NCBI GenBank assembly: GCA_012026655.1
Contig: JAAILG010001116.1
Coordinates: 1-64,000 of the forward strand
DNA from: Hydrolagus affinis
Taxonomy: Eukaryota
Direction of reading: 5' to 3'
DNA length: 64,000 nt
Every line of letters begins with the position of its first letter. The first letter of the stretch is position 1. Positions 63,351-64,000 of the stretch are shown here, piece by piece. A program made the translations under genes and the position numbers. Below the pieces are notes generated by a model, which was not told the DNA's origin, made no database searches, and saw only the letters and a program-made list of their open reading frames with translations.

Positions 63351-63580
63351 GAATTGAACCCAGGTCCTCTCACTTGGGAGGCGAGTGCTCTAACCAATAT
63401 GCGACAGGACTCCACATAATCAATATAATGTGAGGATATTTTGTATCACATTAGGTCAACTGCAATACAACACATCACAGGTAGAATGTAAAAGTATTGG
63501 GGTACCAAAAAAATGAAAACAAAAACAAAGCGACAAGAAGGAGGGACACATCCTCAAAGCAAAATGAAACTTAATCTTAC

Positions 63581-63651
63581 TTAAACTTGGCCTCCACTTC
63601 GTCAGCTGCTTTCTGGTACTGATCAGCATTCAGTTGGTAGAACTTAGCACT
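63581..63651 (-). CDS. CHCHD3: CHCHD3/MIC19 coding exon (71 nt), third from last
   Basis: Minus strand reads ttttcag|AGT GCT AAG TTC TAC CAA CTG AAT GCT GAT CAG TAC CAG AAA GCA GCT GAC GAA GTG GAG GCC AAG TTT AA|gtaag = SAKFYQLNADQYQKAADEVEAKF(K). Resembles recalled human CHCHD3 SSEFYRVTTEQYQKAAEEVEAKFK. The split codon AA|G is completed by the next exon. Too short for the ORF track. Confidence 0.93.
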
Positions 63652-64000
63652 CTGAAAATCACCAATAAGAAAAAAAATTATATCACTGGGCAATCAAATC
63701 CCCCCACTCCTCTCCCCCCACACACACCAATACATACTGCAATCTTAGGACGCAAATTACTGTCAAGAACCCACATCTGCTGTATTAGATAAAACAAATC
63801 GATAGCGATGCGATTAGACAGAAGCACAACTGGAATGGGTGGATGGGTCACTGCCTGCAATGATGAATGGTTCAAAATTGGCCTCATGGTCTGGCGGACT
63901 AACGCACAGTAATCTCATTTCGGCTCAGATTTATCTTTCTTTACCAGATCAATAAAGATGAACACAACAGTTGTAGGAATCGATAGCAATTTTTGATCGT

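Larger units (their letters stand above)
39563..63580 (-). other. CHCHD3: ~24 kb intron of CHCHD3
   Basis: GT...AG ends, flanking exons join in frame, and no intervening coding exon is needed. Confidence 0.85.

Noticed and set aside
1-64000. CRISPR array or prokaryotic/phage system
   Set aside because: The recurring sequences are irregularly spaced, diverged SINE/LINE copies in both orientations; the DNA has spliceosomal introns and no operons.

Overview
This is eukaryotic, repeat-rich vertebrate DNA. The repeat complement (tRNA-head/Deu-domain SINEs with L2-type tails, plus L2 and CR1 LINEs) suggests a cartilaginous fish, probably a holocephalan such as the elephant shark; that assignment is an inference. 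The only protein-coding gene I can support is the 3' end of CHCHD3 (MIC19) on the minus strand. It has three coding exons, at 63581-63651, 39427-39562 and 37681-37704, with canonical GT-AG junctions, matching phases and the twin CX9C CHCH domain. Everything left of about 37.2 kb is non-coding; in human the next gene downstream of CHCHD3 is PLXNA4, but no plexin coding sequence is visible here. The rest is dozens of SINE copies, decayed LINE fragments, microsatellites, several foldback structures and repeat-free blocks that look regulatory. Almost all ORFs in the six-frame track are spurious or LINE-derived. I found no clearly new biological system. The best leads are a ~410-bp palindrome at 29.3-29.7 kb, a ~230-bp inverted pair at 5.0/6.1 kb, a second tRNA-headed SINE-like element, candidate non-coding exons at 32.5-33.4 kb and PBX/MEIS-motif blocks in the CHCHD3 intron. 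Repeat family names are from recalled consensus sequences, not database searches, and repeat boundaries are approximate.
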